From Perkinsela sp. CCAP 1560/9 (taxonomy: Eukaryota; Protista; Euglenozoa: Kinetoplastea), in the NCBI GenBank assembly GCA_965644495.1, contig CBFFSA010000012.1, positions 62,001 to 126,000 on the forward strand: a DNA stretch of 64,000 nucleotides. Reading direction: 5' to 3'. The position numbers and the translations under genes were made by a program. Below the pieces are notes generated by a model. The model did no database searches. It saw only the letters and a list, made by a program, of their open reading frames with translations, and was not told the origin of the DNA. Shown piece by piece: positions 33,514 through 44,501 of this stretch (position 1 is the stretch's first letter; every line of letters starts with the position of its first letter).

Positions 33514-35223
33514 ATGTCATTCCTCCGTAACCAAGGCCTCCCCTCCATGCTCAAGGAGGGCACCACGCACCAGGAGAAACCGCTGCAGAAAAACATTGCC
33601 GCGTGCACCGAGCTCTCCCGCCTCACCCGCTCCTCTCTCGGCCCCCACGGTCTCTCCAAACTCATCATCAACCACCTCTCCAAACTTTTCGTCACCCACG
33701 ACGCCGCCGTCATGATGGCCGAACTCGACATCGAGCACCCCGCCGCCAACCTCCTCGCCATGGCCTCCAAATCCATGGACGAGGAAGTCGGGGACGGCAC
33801 CAACACCGTTCTCACCCTCGCCGGGGAACTCCTCACCCGGGCCCGCGCCCTCCTCCGCCACGGTCTCCACCCCGCCGACATCCTCGACGGCTACCGCACC
33901 GCCCTCTCCGCCGCCGCCCCCCGCCTCCCCGCCCTCGTCGCCCACACCCTCCCCGACCTCCACCACCTCCCCACCCTCCTCCCCGCGCTCCGCACCGCCG
34001 TGGCCCCCAAGGTCGGCCTCGGCCCCCTCTCCACCTTCTTCGCCACCCTCTGCGCCACCGCCTGCATCAACGCCGCCCCCCCCAACCCCGCGGACTTCAA
34101 CGTCGACAACGTGCGCGTCGTCCACGTCGAGGGGGGCCATGCCACCGGCAGCACGGTGGTCCACGGCCTGGTGCTCCCCCCTCCCCACGGGGTTGTGACC
34201 ACCACGAAAGGGCTCCACGCCCCCAAGGTGGTGGTGTACCACTGCGCGGTGGATATTGCGGGCACCGAGACGAAGGGGACGGTGCGGCTGGGGAGTGCGG
34301 CACGGCTGCTGTCGTACTCGAGGGAGGAGGAGACGGTGTTGGGGGGGAAGATCGCGGCGCTGGCACAGGCGGGGGTGGGGGTGGTGGTCTCCAGTGCGAG
34401 TTTCAGTGACCTGGCGGTTCATTTCATGGAGCGGCACGGGATGATGGGGGTGAAGGTGGGGAGTAAGTTTGAGCTTCGGCGGTTGTGTGTGGCGGTGGAG
34501 GCGGTGGCGTTGGCACGGTTTACGGTGCCCTCCCCGGAGGAGTTGGGGCGGTGTGATGTGGTGGAGCAGCGGGAGATTGGGGGGAGCTCGTTGGTGGTGT
34601 TTGAGCAAACCGCGCGGGATTCCAGGGTGAGTACGATTGTGCTTCGTGGGAGTACCTCGACGTATCGTACGGCCCTGGAGCGTGCGCTGGAGGATGGGAT
34701 TAATGTGTACAAGACACTGACAAAGGATCCGCGTGTGGTGGCGGGGGCGGGAGCGTTTGAGGTGGAGCTCACGCGACGGCTCGCGGCGGTGGCGGATGCT
34801 ACTCCCGGGCTGGCACAGTACGCCCTGAAGGAGTTTGCGGAGGCGCTGAGTGTGATCCCCCGCACCCTGGCGGAGGTCTCGGGGTTTCCCCCGACACAGG
34901 CATTGATGGCACTCTCCGCAAAGCATTACCAAAGTGGTGTGGATGTGGAGACGGAGTTGTGTGAGGTGGCAAAAAAGGAAGTAGCGGAAGGAGAGGAGGA
35001 GGATATGGCTCGAGGTGTGTTCCATGGTTTGGATTTAGCCACCGGGGAGACGATGGATGCGTTAAAGCAAGGGGTCGTGGAGCCTTTCGCGTTGAAGCAC
35101 TGGGCGTTGCAGCTCGCGACGGACGCCGCCGTGACCGTGTTACAGATTGATCAAATTATAATGTCTAAGCCGGCTGGAGGACCTAAAATCGCGCCAGGGA
35201 CAGGAAGGGATGAGCTGGAGTAG
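33514..35223 (+). CDS. CCT8: T-complex protein 1 subunit theta
   Basis: GDGTN, FNVDNVRV, TETKGTV, SKFELRRLC, QIDQIIMSKPAGGPK. Confidence 0.95.
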   Translation: MSFLRNQGLPSMLKEGTTHQEKPLQKNIAACTELSRLTRSSLGPHGLSKLIINHLSKLFVTHDAAVMMAELDIEHPAANLLAMASKSMDEEVGDGTNTVLTLAGELLTRARALLRHGLHPADILDGYRTALSAAAPRLPALVAHTLPDLHHLPTLLPALRTAVAPKVGLGPLSTFFATLCATACINAAPPNPADFNVDNVRVVHVEGGHATGSTVVHGLVLPPPHGVVTTTKGLHAPKVVVYHCAVDIAGTETKGTVRLGSAARLLSYSREEETVLGGKIAALAQAGVGVVVSSASFSDLAVHFMERHGMMGVKVGSKFELRRLCVAVEAVALARFTVPSPEELGRCDVVEQREIGGSSLVVFEQTARDSRVSTIVLRGSTSTYRTALERALEDGINVYKTLTKDPRVVAGAGAFEVELTRRLAAVADATPGLAQYALKEFAEALSVIPRTLAEVSGFPPTQALMALSAKHYQSGVDVETELCEVAKKEVAEGEEEDMARGVFHGLDLATGETMDALKQGVVEPFALKHWALQLATDAAVTVLQIDQIIMSKPAGGPKIAPGTGRDELE

Positions 35224-35603
35224 GTGCCAGGTGAGATGGTAGACAAGGGGCGGTAGCAGACCCGAAATCTGAATTTATTTTTGATACGCGACTACGGTGT
35301 GGAGAGTTTCGCAACAGGGTTAATGATCTATAAAAAAATGAGCTCCAAATATTGAAAATTGAGTGAAATTGGATCTACGTAACTTGTGTCTTATGGAAAG
35401 CGGGAAGGCGCTTTTTAACATGGCCTTCAGGCGACTTTAGTGCAGCACTTTATAAAAAAATTGAAGCACTGAAAATAAGTTATGTTCGATGTAATCGATA
35501 ATGTAATTACCTAAGTTTATTGCAACTTTACAAGGATTTTTCCTCCTATTTCCTTTTTATCAATAGCCCCCCTCACTCGTCAATCACTTCATTGACCTTG
35601 CTC

Positions 35604-35948
35604 ATGATGGCTCACGGGGCACGAGACGCAATGTCGCGTCTTTCTCATACGACGTCACAAACCTCCTCCCTCCTCCATCGAACTCCCATCCGCAGCTACA
35701 CAGATTATATGCATCGGAAATATCCTGTAAACTGGTTCCCTTATGCCTTCGCTGTGGTTTCTATCGGGTTGTGTTGGAACTTGTACCGCACCGGTCACAT
35801 GCACACTCTGACGGGACGAAACATGTGGCGATATGACATCCACAAGGGTTGGCACACCAATTTCCCCGAAGGGGTGAAGTGGGGAGACGAGATGGGGCCC
35901 ACAGTGGAGTCAATCTACTGCAACCTACCCGATGCAGTCGAGGAGTAA
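35604..35948 (+). CDS. Small single-pass membrane protein, possibly mitochondrial
   Basis: Co-oriented ORF with an R/S/T-rich leader and one hydrophobic segment (WFPYAFAVVSIGLCW). Confidence 0.5.
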   Translation: MMAHGARDAMSRLSHTTSQTSSLLHRTPIRSYTDYMHRKYPVNWFPYAFAVVSIGLCWNLYRTGHMHTLTGRNMWRYDIHKGWHTNFPEGVKWGDEMGPTVESIYCNLPDAVEE

Positions 35949-36420
35949 ACTCGGTGAGAGGTGGACGAATATCGAACCTTGTAAATAATATGTTTTTTGT
36001 GTTTTGAAATTTCTACGCAAACACGTAAATATTCAAATCTATTTGCAAAATATACTTTAAATACCTGCAGTTTTAAAACAAATACTATTTGACGGAGACA
36101 TGCGCTTCCCCATAGCAGATATTGTCAGATTTGTTTATCATGGGGTGTACTGACCTTTGCTATACGAGCTTTTTTTGCTAGATATTTTCATGCACTATCT
36201 TGTTCATCGTGTGATTGTCTCGTCACGAGCATCTTAAGGTCTATAATCATACATCCACGTGAAAGAATATGACACTTTTCAGCGTTTATTTCTTCCTTGT
36301 GAATTTTCTTTGAATTGCGTATTTTTTCTCGTAGAATGTGCATGTATGAATTATACGTTCATGTATGAATATGCGGTATAAGTCTCTGACCTTCCTGTTG
36401 AGCAAGTTTTCGGTCAGAAA

Positions 36421-37359
36421 ATGACAAAAGTTAAATCGCGCGGGAAAAGCGCTAAGTCTTCACGGGAACCACAAATTTGTGAGTGTGCTGGCACGGAACA
36501 CACCTTTTGGCTAAACTGTGTCAACTGTGGAAAGTTGGCGTGTGAGTTGGAATCCAGTTTTCCCACGTGCACCTTTTGTCACAAAGACTGGAACACATTT
36601 ATGCCAAATGAGGAAGACAGCATAGATATAGAATTCTCTAAATTGGGAGTAGAAGGCACGTCCGCCCATGACAGGGCGATACAGGAAAGAGACCGCTTGC
36701 TGCACTATGCCTCCCAGAATGAACAACGCATGTCTGTTGTCGACGACCAAAGTGACTACTACGAGATTCATGCTCGGGGAAGCGAGTGGCTCTCGGAAGA
36801 AGACCGTACAATTGCAATGGCAAAGGAAAAAGACAGGAGAGAAGATGTTGCGGCATTTCAAAAGGAATTTGGTACATACCAGGTTCATTTGGATTTGCTC
36901 AATCAAAGTGTCAGTTTGGGAGGTCCAAAGGAGGCACCTGGAAACTCGCAGAGCGCAGATTCACTTTCGGAAGATATGGCGAGGAGTTTGACTTTACAGT
37001 CCGGAAGAAACACCAATGCAATAGCGTCGCTTCAAGCCCGGCATCGAGCCGCCCAGGTGACCAACAAATCTACAGCGTCTCAAATGGAAGATAATAATTT
37101 ATTATCGAAAAATACAGCATTAGCACGCAGCGATTCCAAGTTCGACGAAACGAATATATTTTCGCAGGAACCTACTTCCTCTCCGGCTGAAAGAAATCCT
37201 CTCTGCCCTAATGATCTGGCTTGCTTTCTTGATAAAGCATACACAAAGACTGGTGCAATGAAAAATATAACACAAGCACCAGCGAAAAATCAACGTTTGC
37301 AAAGTTTTTCTTCCTGGAGGGATTCTGGGAGTGAGATCTCCTCTGAGGAGGAAAGTTGA
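36421..37359 (+). CDS. C2HC5 zinc-finger protein (ASC-1/TRIP4/Rqt4-like)
   Basis: CECAGTEH...NCVNCGKLAC...CTFC; AIQERDRLLHY...VVDDQSDYY. Confidence 0.85.
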   Translation: MTKVKSRGKSAKSSREPQICECAGTEHTFWLNCVNCGKLACELESSFPTCTFCHKDWNTFMPNEEDSIDIEFSKLGVEGTSAHDRAIQERDRLLHYASQNEQRMSVVDDQSDYYEIHARGSEWLSEEDRTIAMAKEKDRREDVAAFQKEFGTYQVHLDLLNQSVSLGGPKEAPGNSQSADSLSEDMARSLTLQSGRNTNAIASLQARHRAAQVTNKSTASQMEDNNLLSKNTALARSDSKFDETNIFSQEPTSSPAERNPLCPNDLACFLDKAYTKTGAMKNITQAPAKNQRLQSFSSWRDSGSEISSEEES

Positions 37360-37596
37360 GCACATGCCTCTGTATTTTCATCGAGTCTACTCGTCTGCAG
37401 TCGACATTGCTTCTACATTTTACTGTCAACGCACGCGCACATGTCCTGAAACGTGAACCGAAATGTGTATTTAGTAGAATGTACCCCTGTCTTCAAAATT
37501 ACTTGTACAGGTCTTTTCCGCAACTTATTAAAGCGTAACCTACAAAATTTATTATACTTGAAGACGTAGTGAACGTACTGCGAATGGATCTGAATA

Positions 37597-38376
37597 CAGT
37601 CCAGGTATTGGTTTCCCCCTCCCAGGCTCCAGAGCGCGCCGCAAGAGCTTTTGACCTAATTCCTTCGGCATTCGACAGATCTCGAAAAACTAGTGCGTTT
37701 CCCACAGTTGCTTTGCCTATCACCCCCCCTAGGTCCTAAGTGGGCGTGGTGAAAGTTGACAAATTTCAAAAAAAGATATATTTTTGAGAGGGGGAAAAAA
37801 GAAAAAAATGTGTATAGATTCCTATATATTAATACCTACAATGGTCTCCTTGAACGCTCCGCAGAATTCGCAAGCGTTTAGGAACTGAATTCATACAAAT
37901 TAAGAATTGGCGTCCATAAGGATGACGCTTAAGCATCATAAAGGCTTTCCTTAGCGCCTTCCGGAGCTGTTTTTCAGGCTCTGGTTTCAAATTTTCCTTA
38001 ACAATTTGATCAATGCGCTCTGGGAGTGCACATCGTGACGTTTTATGGGTAATAGGGGGTATCTTGCTTTTCGGCGAGTTGTACTGGCCTTTAGTACTGG
38101 TCTTTAGTAGATTTGACGGGAGTATCCCTCAGATTCATAGAATGAGAAACCATATTTGAATAAAAAAAACAAATTTTTGAAAAATTGGGATTTTTTAGTA
38201 AAATTGTGCTATTTTTTGGTGTTTTTATTAAACATTTTTGACCCAGGAGGGGGTGATAGGCAAACAAACGGTGGGAAACGCTCCAGTTTTTCGAGATCTG
38301 TTGAATGCCGAAGGAATTAGGTCAAAAGCTCTTACGGTGTGTTTTGGAGCCTGGGAGGGAACGAGTACCTGGACTG
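37597..38376 (-). mobile_element. Internally deleted Tc1-like element with ~135-bp TIRs and TA TSD
   Basis: TA|CAGTCCAGGTA...TACCTGGACTG|TA; an internal minus-strand remnant ...MNSVPKRLRILRSVQGDHCRY* resembles the Tc1 C-terminus. Confidence 0.8.
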
Positions 38377-38762
38377 TAAGTGCTCATTCATATTCTGCGC
38401 TACAAGGAAAGTTGTCAAACAAGAACGACTCAGACTTTTTGCTCAGAATTTCGTTGTTCAATTGAAATTTTCTCGAGCAACAGGATGTCGGAACTGAAAG
38501 TGTAGTTAAACGAACTAAACATCTTCCTTTCTGTTTCTTTTTCCTTTTTGATAAGAAAACGACGTTTCTTTAACCCACAGACGAGTTTAACTATTAACAA
38601 GGTAGCATGTTTCTGTGTCATTCATTTTTGATGTTGCAAAAAAATCAAAGTATAAATGTACGTAATCTTTAAAATTGGTAACCGACCACCACACCTCTAA
38701 GATGCGCTTATGCGATGATTTCTATTGATTACTACTATATTTGACGCAGTTCATCTGTTCTC

Positions 38763-39470
38763 ATGTTGACCATCTCTCTTCGAGACGATGCAGCCACGGG
38801 AACAAGCTCTCGGTGCGGAAGAGTAAGTGCTGCCGCGCTCTCACCTTACTATCAAATGATGCGAGTCATTACCAATCTACAGAAGAATAAAAAAGTTGAA
38901 GAATGGGAAAAAGAACCCAACGTGTGCCTTTGGTCAGGTATCAAATGTGAAAAACACAAAGTAAGTTCAGTCTTCTGGCAGAATTCTGAGTTGGCGGGCG
39001 AACTCGCTTTGCAGCACCTTCCTATTTCAACTGAAAGAGTGAACTTCTCATTCAATAAGCTTGATAGATTGGATGGCTTGAACAATCTACCTTCAGAGAT
39101 TACCGAATTCGTTTCTGCCAATAATCCGTTGGTCGGTACAATTGATTTAAAATGTATGCCGGAGAAAATGAGACATTACGTAATTTCGGAAACAGAACTA
39201 GATGGAAATTTGGACTTGACGAGTCTTCCGTCAACTATCGTATTTATTTCACTACGAGAAAATAATTTTTCTGGGGAGATCAATTTGTCTCGACTTCCCG
39301 ATTCGCTGAAAACATTATGGCTTCAAGGTAACCGTCTCAGCGGAGTGGTGAATGTTAACAACGTTTCAGAATGTTCTATTGATATACGAAAAAATGCTTT
39401 TGATGGAACGATACCTGATCCCCCACCAGTGTGGCTGAAGTATGAGCCACAGCGCCACAGTAATAAATAG
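38763..39470 (+). CDS. LRR protein
   Basis: CLWSGIKC cap; LRRs. Confidence 0.85.
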   Translation: MLTISLRDDAATGTSSRCGRVSAAALSPYYQMMRVITNLQKNKKVEEWEKEPNVCLWSGIKCEKHKVSSVFWQNSELAGELALQHLPISTERVNFSFNKLDRLDGLNNLPSEITEFVSANNPLVGTIDLKCMPEKMRHYVISETELDGNLDLTSLPSTIVFISLRENNFSGEINLSRLPDSLKTLWLQGNRLSGVVNVNNVSECSIDIRKNAFDGTIPDPPPVWLKYEPQRHSNK

Positions 39471-39804
39471 GGTGTAAATAGCGCTTTGTAAACTAGGACT
39501 TATTACTAGTAAGAAACTCTAATACTGTTTGTCATCCTTCTATAAAATTCACAAATCTCGGAGACCAATTTTATTGTTGAACAAAGTTGTTCCTTCGTAA
39601 AACAAAATCGACAGTTACGAATGTTTATATTTCATGCATCTTTTACTGGAGGATGCAGAGGTTTACAGATACGCCGATCAATACTTGGAGAGCTTCCAAA
39701 ACGCTATCGATGCGTTTTATCTCTCTGCCTAATCTGAGGAAATAATCTGAAGAAGAAGAAGAAGACATCTGTTTATCATTATAGAATTCGCCTTAGTATT
39801 ATTT

Positions 39805-41709
39805 ATGTTGGAGCACTCAGTGCATTATTTGACGTTGGTCCTCACATGTATTCCTTACCTATTCCTGTCTAAAGATTTTCCTACTTACGCAGGACGACGA
39901 AAAAACTCACAATCGAGCTTTAAACGTTCGTCTGACAGGACTCTTTGCTCAAGGGACCCAACTGAGATCACAGATCCCAGCGTAGTTTCTCCTACATACA
40001 GCGAAGAATGGGCACAACAGTGTATGCATTGGAGTCGGGTCGCCCATTGTCATCACAGCTTACTTGATTCATGGAGTACTGCAGCAAAATCTAAAGCTTA
40101 CGGCAACTCTCTGTACATGAATTTGAATAAACCTTTTTCTTCTGAAAGTCAAAAAATTACACCTGGGGATGAGATTTCTCTTTTACCTATTCAGAATAAA
40201 ACGCTTCAAACACTTGCATTAGTGGTTTTTCATCGCAGAAGAAAGCCCGAGTATCTAAGTTCCTCTAGTAGAAAGAAGGACTTACCCAAGCCGAACAGAC
40301 ATTCTCTTTCATCTAATGGAATAAGAAACATACATTCTACTTTTGAAGAGACAATTGTCTTATCTTTTCGGTCAGGGTATGTTGAAAATCTACGTTCTAT
40401 GCGCATTTGTGAATGGTGTGATGAGTTGTCTCAGAAGGCTTCTCATGCGCATGGTGTTCACGGAAGCTATAATTTTACTTCTTTTGGGCCTCTGAACAAC
40501 CTTTTGCAGAGCGCTTGGCGTCTTCGTTCAAAGTCCCGAATTCACGGAGGAGTTCTTGATGCCTACGAATCATTACGAAGCGAAGTTCATGCATTGTTTC
40601 GCGAGGTTCTGCGAGCGCATGAAACCGCGAATATATTGATTACTGGATTCTGCGGTGGTGGTGCAATTGCGCAGCTTGCCGCATTCGACCTTTGGTATAG
40701 CTTTCCTGAACTTCGTCGTAAGCTGCTAGTGTATACTTTTGGTGTTCCGAAAATGAGCAACAAAAACTTCCTAAAAGGCTACAGCCAACTGTCACCTCAA
40801 GAAAGGCTTCAACAAAGCGCGAGAAGCCAAAAACATTATGGAACTAAAAACGGGAAGCAGAAACCTATTCTGAGTTCGCTTTACCTCCATACGTTTAATA
40901 TTGCTAATTCAGATGATCCACTGCAAGAGTACCCCTCCCTTGTGGGCGACTTCTCCTGGGATCATTTTTCTCATCTCGGACAACAGATTCGTTACACAGT
41001 TCGAGAGTCGCCTTTTTTTATGACGCAACCAATAAAGGTGCCGAATGAAGTTTGGAAACAGGGTTCGGAAAGTGAAGCGCATGTGGATTCTAATGCTAGC
41101 ATTTCGTTCAATATCGAAAAGTCGGGTAAGGAAGGGAGATCACAATGTCACGCCAGGGAGGTCCGTCGATCAGATTTTCGTAACCAATCTGACGAACGTG
41201 CTCCTAACTACGTGGAAACTTATCCTTATCGACCTAAGAGGCGCTCCTTGAGACACTTCTTTCATCCTATACAAACCCCGTTCCTGTTTTTGTATCGTTT
41301 TTACTACTTTGGTGTACATGCGTTACAATGCCCAATAGATGTTTCTTCCAGTATAGCTAAAAAGAAGGACGCACTAAGTCTAATGATTAAATTTCCAGCT
41401 CCATATTCTTCGGCCTGCAGGACTGACAGAACCACAAAGGGATATCTCGTCAATATGTCAACTGCTTATCGAAGGGCTGAGCTTTGTCCTCCAAAAGGCA
41501 ATGGCATTAAAATCACCGGCAAAACGAGTTCCTCGAAGAGTGCAGAGGTGTCCAAACCACCTGTGTACATGAACAATGACGCCCATACCGTATTGCATAA
41601 TGTTCTTGTCAGAGCACGTCAATTATTAGCGGCAGTAGGCTCCGTTTTTCATATGCTGGTGGCATACTTGTCGAATCTTTGCACAGAAAGGAACCACGAG
41701 AGTAACTGA
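39805..41709 (+). CDS. Lipase class 3-like protein with an atypical nucleophile elbow
   Basis: IVLSFRSG, IHGGVLDAY, ILITGFCGGGAIAQLAA, VYTFGVPK, NSDDPL, FSHLG. Confidence 0.75.
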   Translation: MLEHSVHYLTLVLTCIPYLFLSKDFPTYAGRRKNSQSSFKRSSDRTLCSRDPTEITDPSVVSPTYSEEWAQQCMHWSRVAHCHHSLLDSWSTAAKSKAYGNSLYMNLNKPFSSESQKITPGDEISLLPIQNKTLQTLALVVFHRRRKPEYLSSSSRKKDLPKPNRHSLSSNGIRNIHSTFEETIVLSFRSGYVENLRSMRICEWCDELSQKASHAHGVHGSYNFTSFGPLNNLLQSAWRLRSKSRIHGGVLDAYESLRSEVHALFREVLRAHETANILITGFCGGGAIAQLAAFDLWYSFPELRRKLLVYTFGVPKMSNKNFLKGYSQLSPQERLQQSARSQKHYGTKNGKQKPILSSLYLHTFNIANSDDPLQEYPSLVGDFSWDHFSHLGQQIRYTVRESPFFMTQPIKVPNEVWKQGSESEAHVDSNASISFNIEKSGKEGRSQCHAREVRRSDFRNQSDERAPNYVETYPYRPKRRSLRHFFHPIQTPFLFLYRFYYFGVHALQCPIDVSSSIAKKKDALSLMIKFPAPYSSACRTDRTTKGYLVNMSTAYRRAELCPPKGNGIKITGKTSSSKSAEVSKPPVYMNNDAHTVLHNVLVRARQLLAAVGSVFHMLVAYLSNLCTERNHESN

Positions 41710-42144
41710 AACGGGGAATATTCGTACGATATGCGCTCCTGCCTCTCTAGAAAGCAAGATTATAGGAATAATCTTGAAGGGAGGTAGTCTGTTAATAATA
41801 GCCAAGTGCCAAGTACATGTATCTTGCTAGTAAGAGCGAGTGGAAGTGGTGATAACGTTGTAGAACGCCTCGGGGATACGTAAAGAGAACATGAATCTCT
41901 CTTTCGATCTTCAAAGGCAGAATCCCTGACTCTTTGTACACATGCCGTGCAATGCGGTAGACAATCGATGGTATCGGTTTCTATCCGAGCGCTGCTCTGC
42001 AGGTACTGTCCTGCATTGAAGTTTACATCTCGCCAATTTACACCTCAAGACCGATAAATTTGGCGAATGCATATTTTCAATCAATAACTCTATTTTAGGA
42101 AATCTTTTGTCTACTACAGAACGTCACTAGTCTAGCTTTAATTC

Positions 42145-42939
42145 ATGTTTCCTCCAAACCCCCTGTCTCTATTGTACGCCACGGATTCGAGCGTGACGCG
42201 ATCCGGAAAGATTCGAGGAGCGAACCTTCCCCCAGAGTATTTGTTAGAGCGTTGTGTGTCTGAATTGACGTTTTCGGATCCAACCTGGAATTCGGGAACT
42301 TCCGCCTGTAAATGGACCGGAATAGAATGTACAGCGGATGAAGAAGTGATCGAAATGAATTGGGATGAGATCAGTGTGAGAGGTACCATACTACTGGAAT
42401 TTTTACCCGAGACTCTTCAAATAGTGACGCTTCAAAACACTGGTATTATGGGCACTATTCCGTGCGGAAAACTTCCTCGGCATCTTCATGAGTTTACTGT
42501 CAGTCAAAATAATTTATCCGGCGCATTGGATTTGTGTGCGCTTCCTGCTTCACTGTTAACATTCAACGTTTTTGCAAATCTACTCTCTGGAAATCTAAAT
42601 TTGAGTGCACTTCCCGAGCAAATTCGGGAGATGCGCTTTCACGTGAATCGTTTTGTGGGAGAACTTTCGCTGACGAATTTACCAGACACATGTGTGTTGT
42701 TATCGTTTTCCAAAAACCAATTTACGGGACCTCTCGATTTAAGTCACATCCCTGTTAAGATAGAATATCTTTGGTTAAATACGAACAAGTTTACGGGAAT
42801 TGTAGATCTGACCCCATTACGGCGGTTAACCGCATGCAAGGTCATGGATTTATCATACAACGAGATTACTGAATTCATCGGTAGTCGTGAATCTGCTATT
42901 GGAACTAGGGCTAAATTGAGTGGACAAAAAGTATCATGA
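42145..42939 (+). CDS. LRR protein
   Basis: CKWTGIEC cap; LRRs. Confidence 0.88.
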   Translation: MFPPNPLSLLYATDSSVTRSGKIRGANLPPEYLLERCVSELTFSDPTWNSGTSACKWTGIECTADEEVIEMNWDEISVRGTILLEFLPETLQIVTLQNTGIMGTIPCGKLPRHLHEFTVSQNNLSGALDLCALPASLLTFNVFANLLSGNLNLSALPEQIREMRFHVNRFVGELSLTNLPDTCVLLSFSKNQFTGPLDLSHIPVKIEYLWLNTNKFTGIVDLTPLRRLTACKVMDLSYNEITEFIGSRESAIGTRAKLSGQKVS

Positions 42940-44501
42940 CTACTATAAACCCCTATTTTTATTATACAGGTAGGTACTGTGACCCCACATACGTGTACAT
43001 ACACACAATTACTTTCAAAGCACGATTCTGTTGTAAATAGTAAAGCAAGCCTTACCAAGGAGTGGGCGAACATTCATCGTACAGTCATCAGTATGTCGTA
43101 CTCAGGTGGACAGCGTGCCTGCCCGTATGAAGACCTTTCTGACGTACCGTGATATTAAATTTACGGGCCTACCGTTACCCCCCCCCCTTAGATATCCCGC
43201 ATTCCGTCTCCGAAATGGGCAGTTTGAGGCTAAGTAACGTACTAGGATAAGTAGCATACTAGGATAAGTAGCGTACTAGAAGAAGTTCGCGCGACATTTG
43301 CGCCAGAAGTTATTTTTAGCATGATACAATCGCGCCGAAAGCATTCGCCGATGTGTTCTTTTGGACGGAGTTGCACGCTGTCCAAGTGAGGCATCAAAAT
43401 CAAGAAAAAGGGATAGGGATACCTCGGTTGGGTGACTTGCGTACAAGTCTAGCACGAATAAAGTCTTGCCGGGGGGATACTTGCTCGTGTCAAAAAACAT
43501 CCTCTATCATTCATTGAAAAAAGGAATCTCCTGTTATCCAGCCTGATCCTGTAACGGTTGAAGTGCAACAGTACAGATCTGATGCTGCCTTCGTTTCCCG
43601 TGCAACTCGACCTCGACAAGACTGAGCGCTCCACAACAGGTGCAGTGGAAACAAACGATGTTCCCAAGTACGTTGTTCTGGGAGGAACCGGGAAAAAGCA
43701 CAGGCATTGTCCAAAACCAAGATGTTACCATGGCCTTTTCTTTCATGTCTTAACTTTCACCCTCTTTGTGCCACGGATTTCCTAGGTTATTTCACTTGTG
43801 GGCTCCCGACACACCGAAGCCTCATCACCAGTCACAATATATGACTTATGTATTGTACACAATATACATACACCGCGGTTCCTGCGTACCCACCGCGGTT
43901 CCCTTATTTAGTCTAGTACACCCCCTCTAGCTCTCCACTCTAAAAAAATACCTACAGAAACTGTCAGAGTCCGCCAGAAACTGTCAGAGTCCGCGAGTTC
44001 CCGCCAGAAACTGCCAGCGACCTACAGCGATCTATAGGTACCGTCTACATACTCTCCATTTTCTTCGCGAAGTAAAGACACCGTTTCTGAAAAATATGCT
44101 TCACTGAAGCCTGACAAGTTGTGCTGAGTTTGTCAACTCAGCATGGGGAAGCATGGTCGGGACCTCATCGCGGTCTTCCCTGGAACTATCATTTTGCAGA
44201 TGATATTTACTCAGACTTACATTTTGCAGATAGACAACCTACTCAAACGACAGAAATACCGTTTCTGCAAAAATTAATTTTATCAAGTTGGCAAATTTTT
44301 TGAGGGCAGTGCAAAAATTAGTAAATTTTTAATTAGTAAAACTTTTTTTATTATTTTACAATAAAAGTTTTACTAATTTTTGCGAGCACTGTATCTTTCG
44401 TCGAAAATGAACGCCGTACTCACTGACAAACGTTTGCTTCCTATCTACGAATCATGATTCTCATTGTTCTCAGAACACCGAGAATTATTTTCTGAATATA
44501 A

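Noticed and set aside
43276-44303. Short ORFs duplicated at 48826-49853
   Set aside because: They are identical only because they lie in the inverted family B copies; no recognisable motifs.
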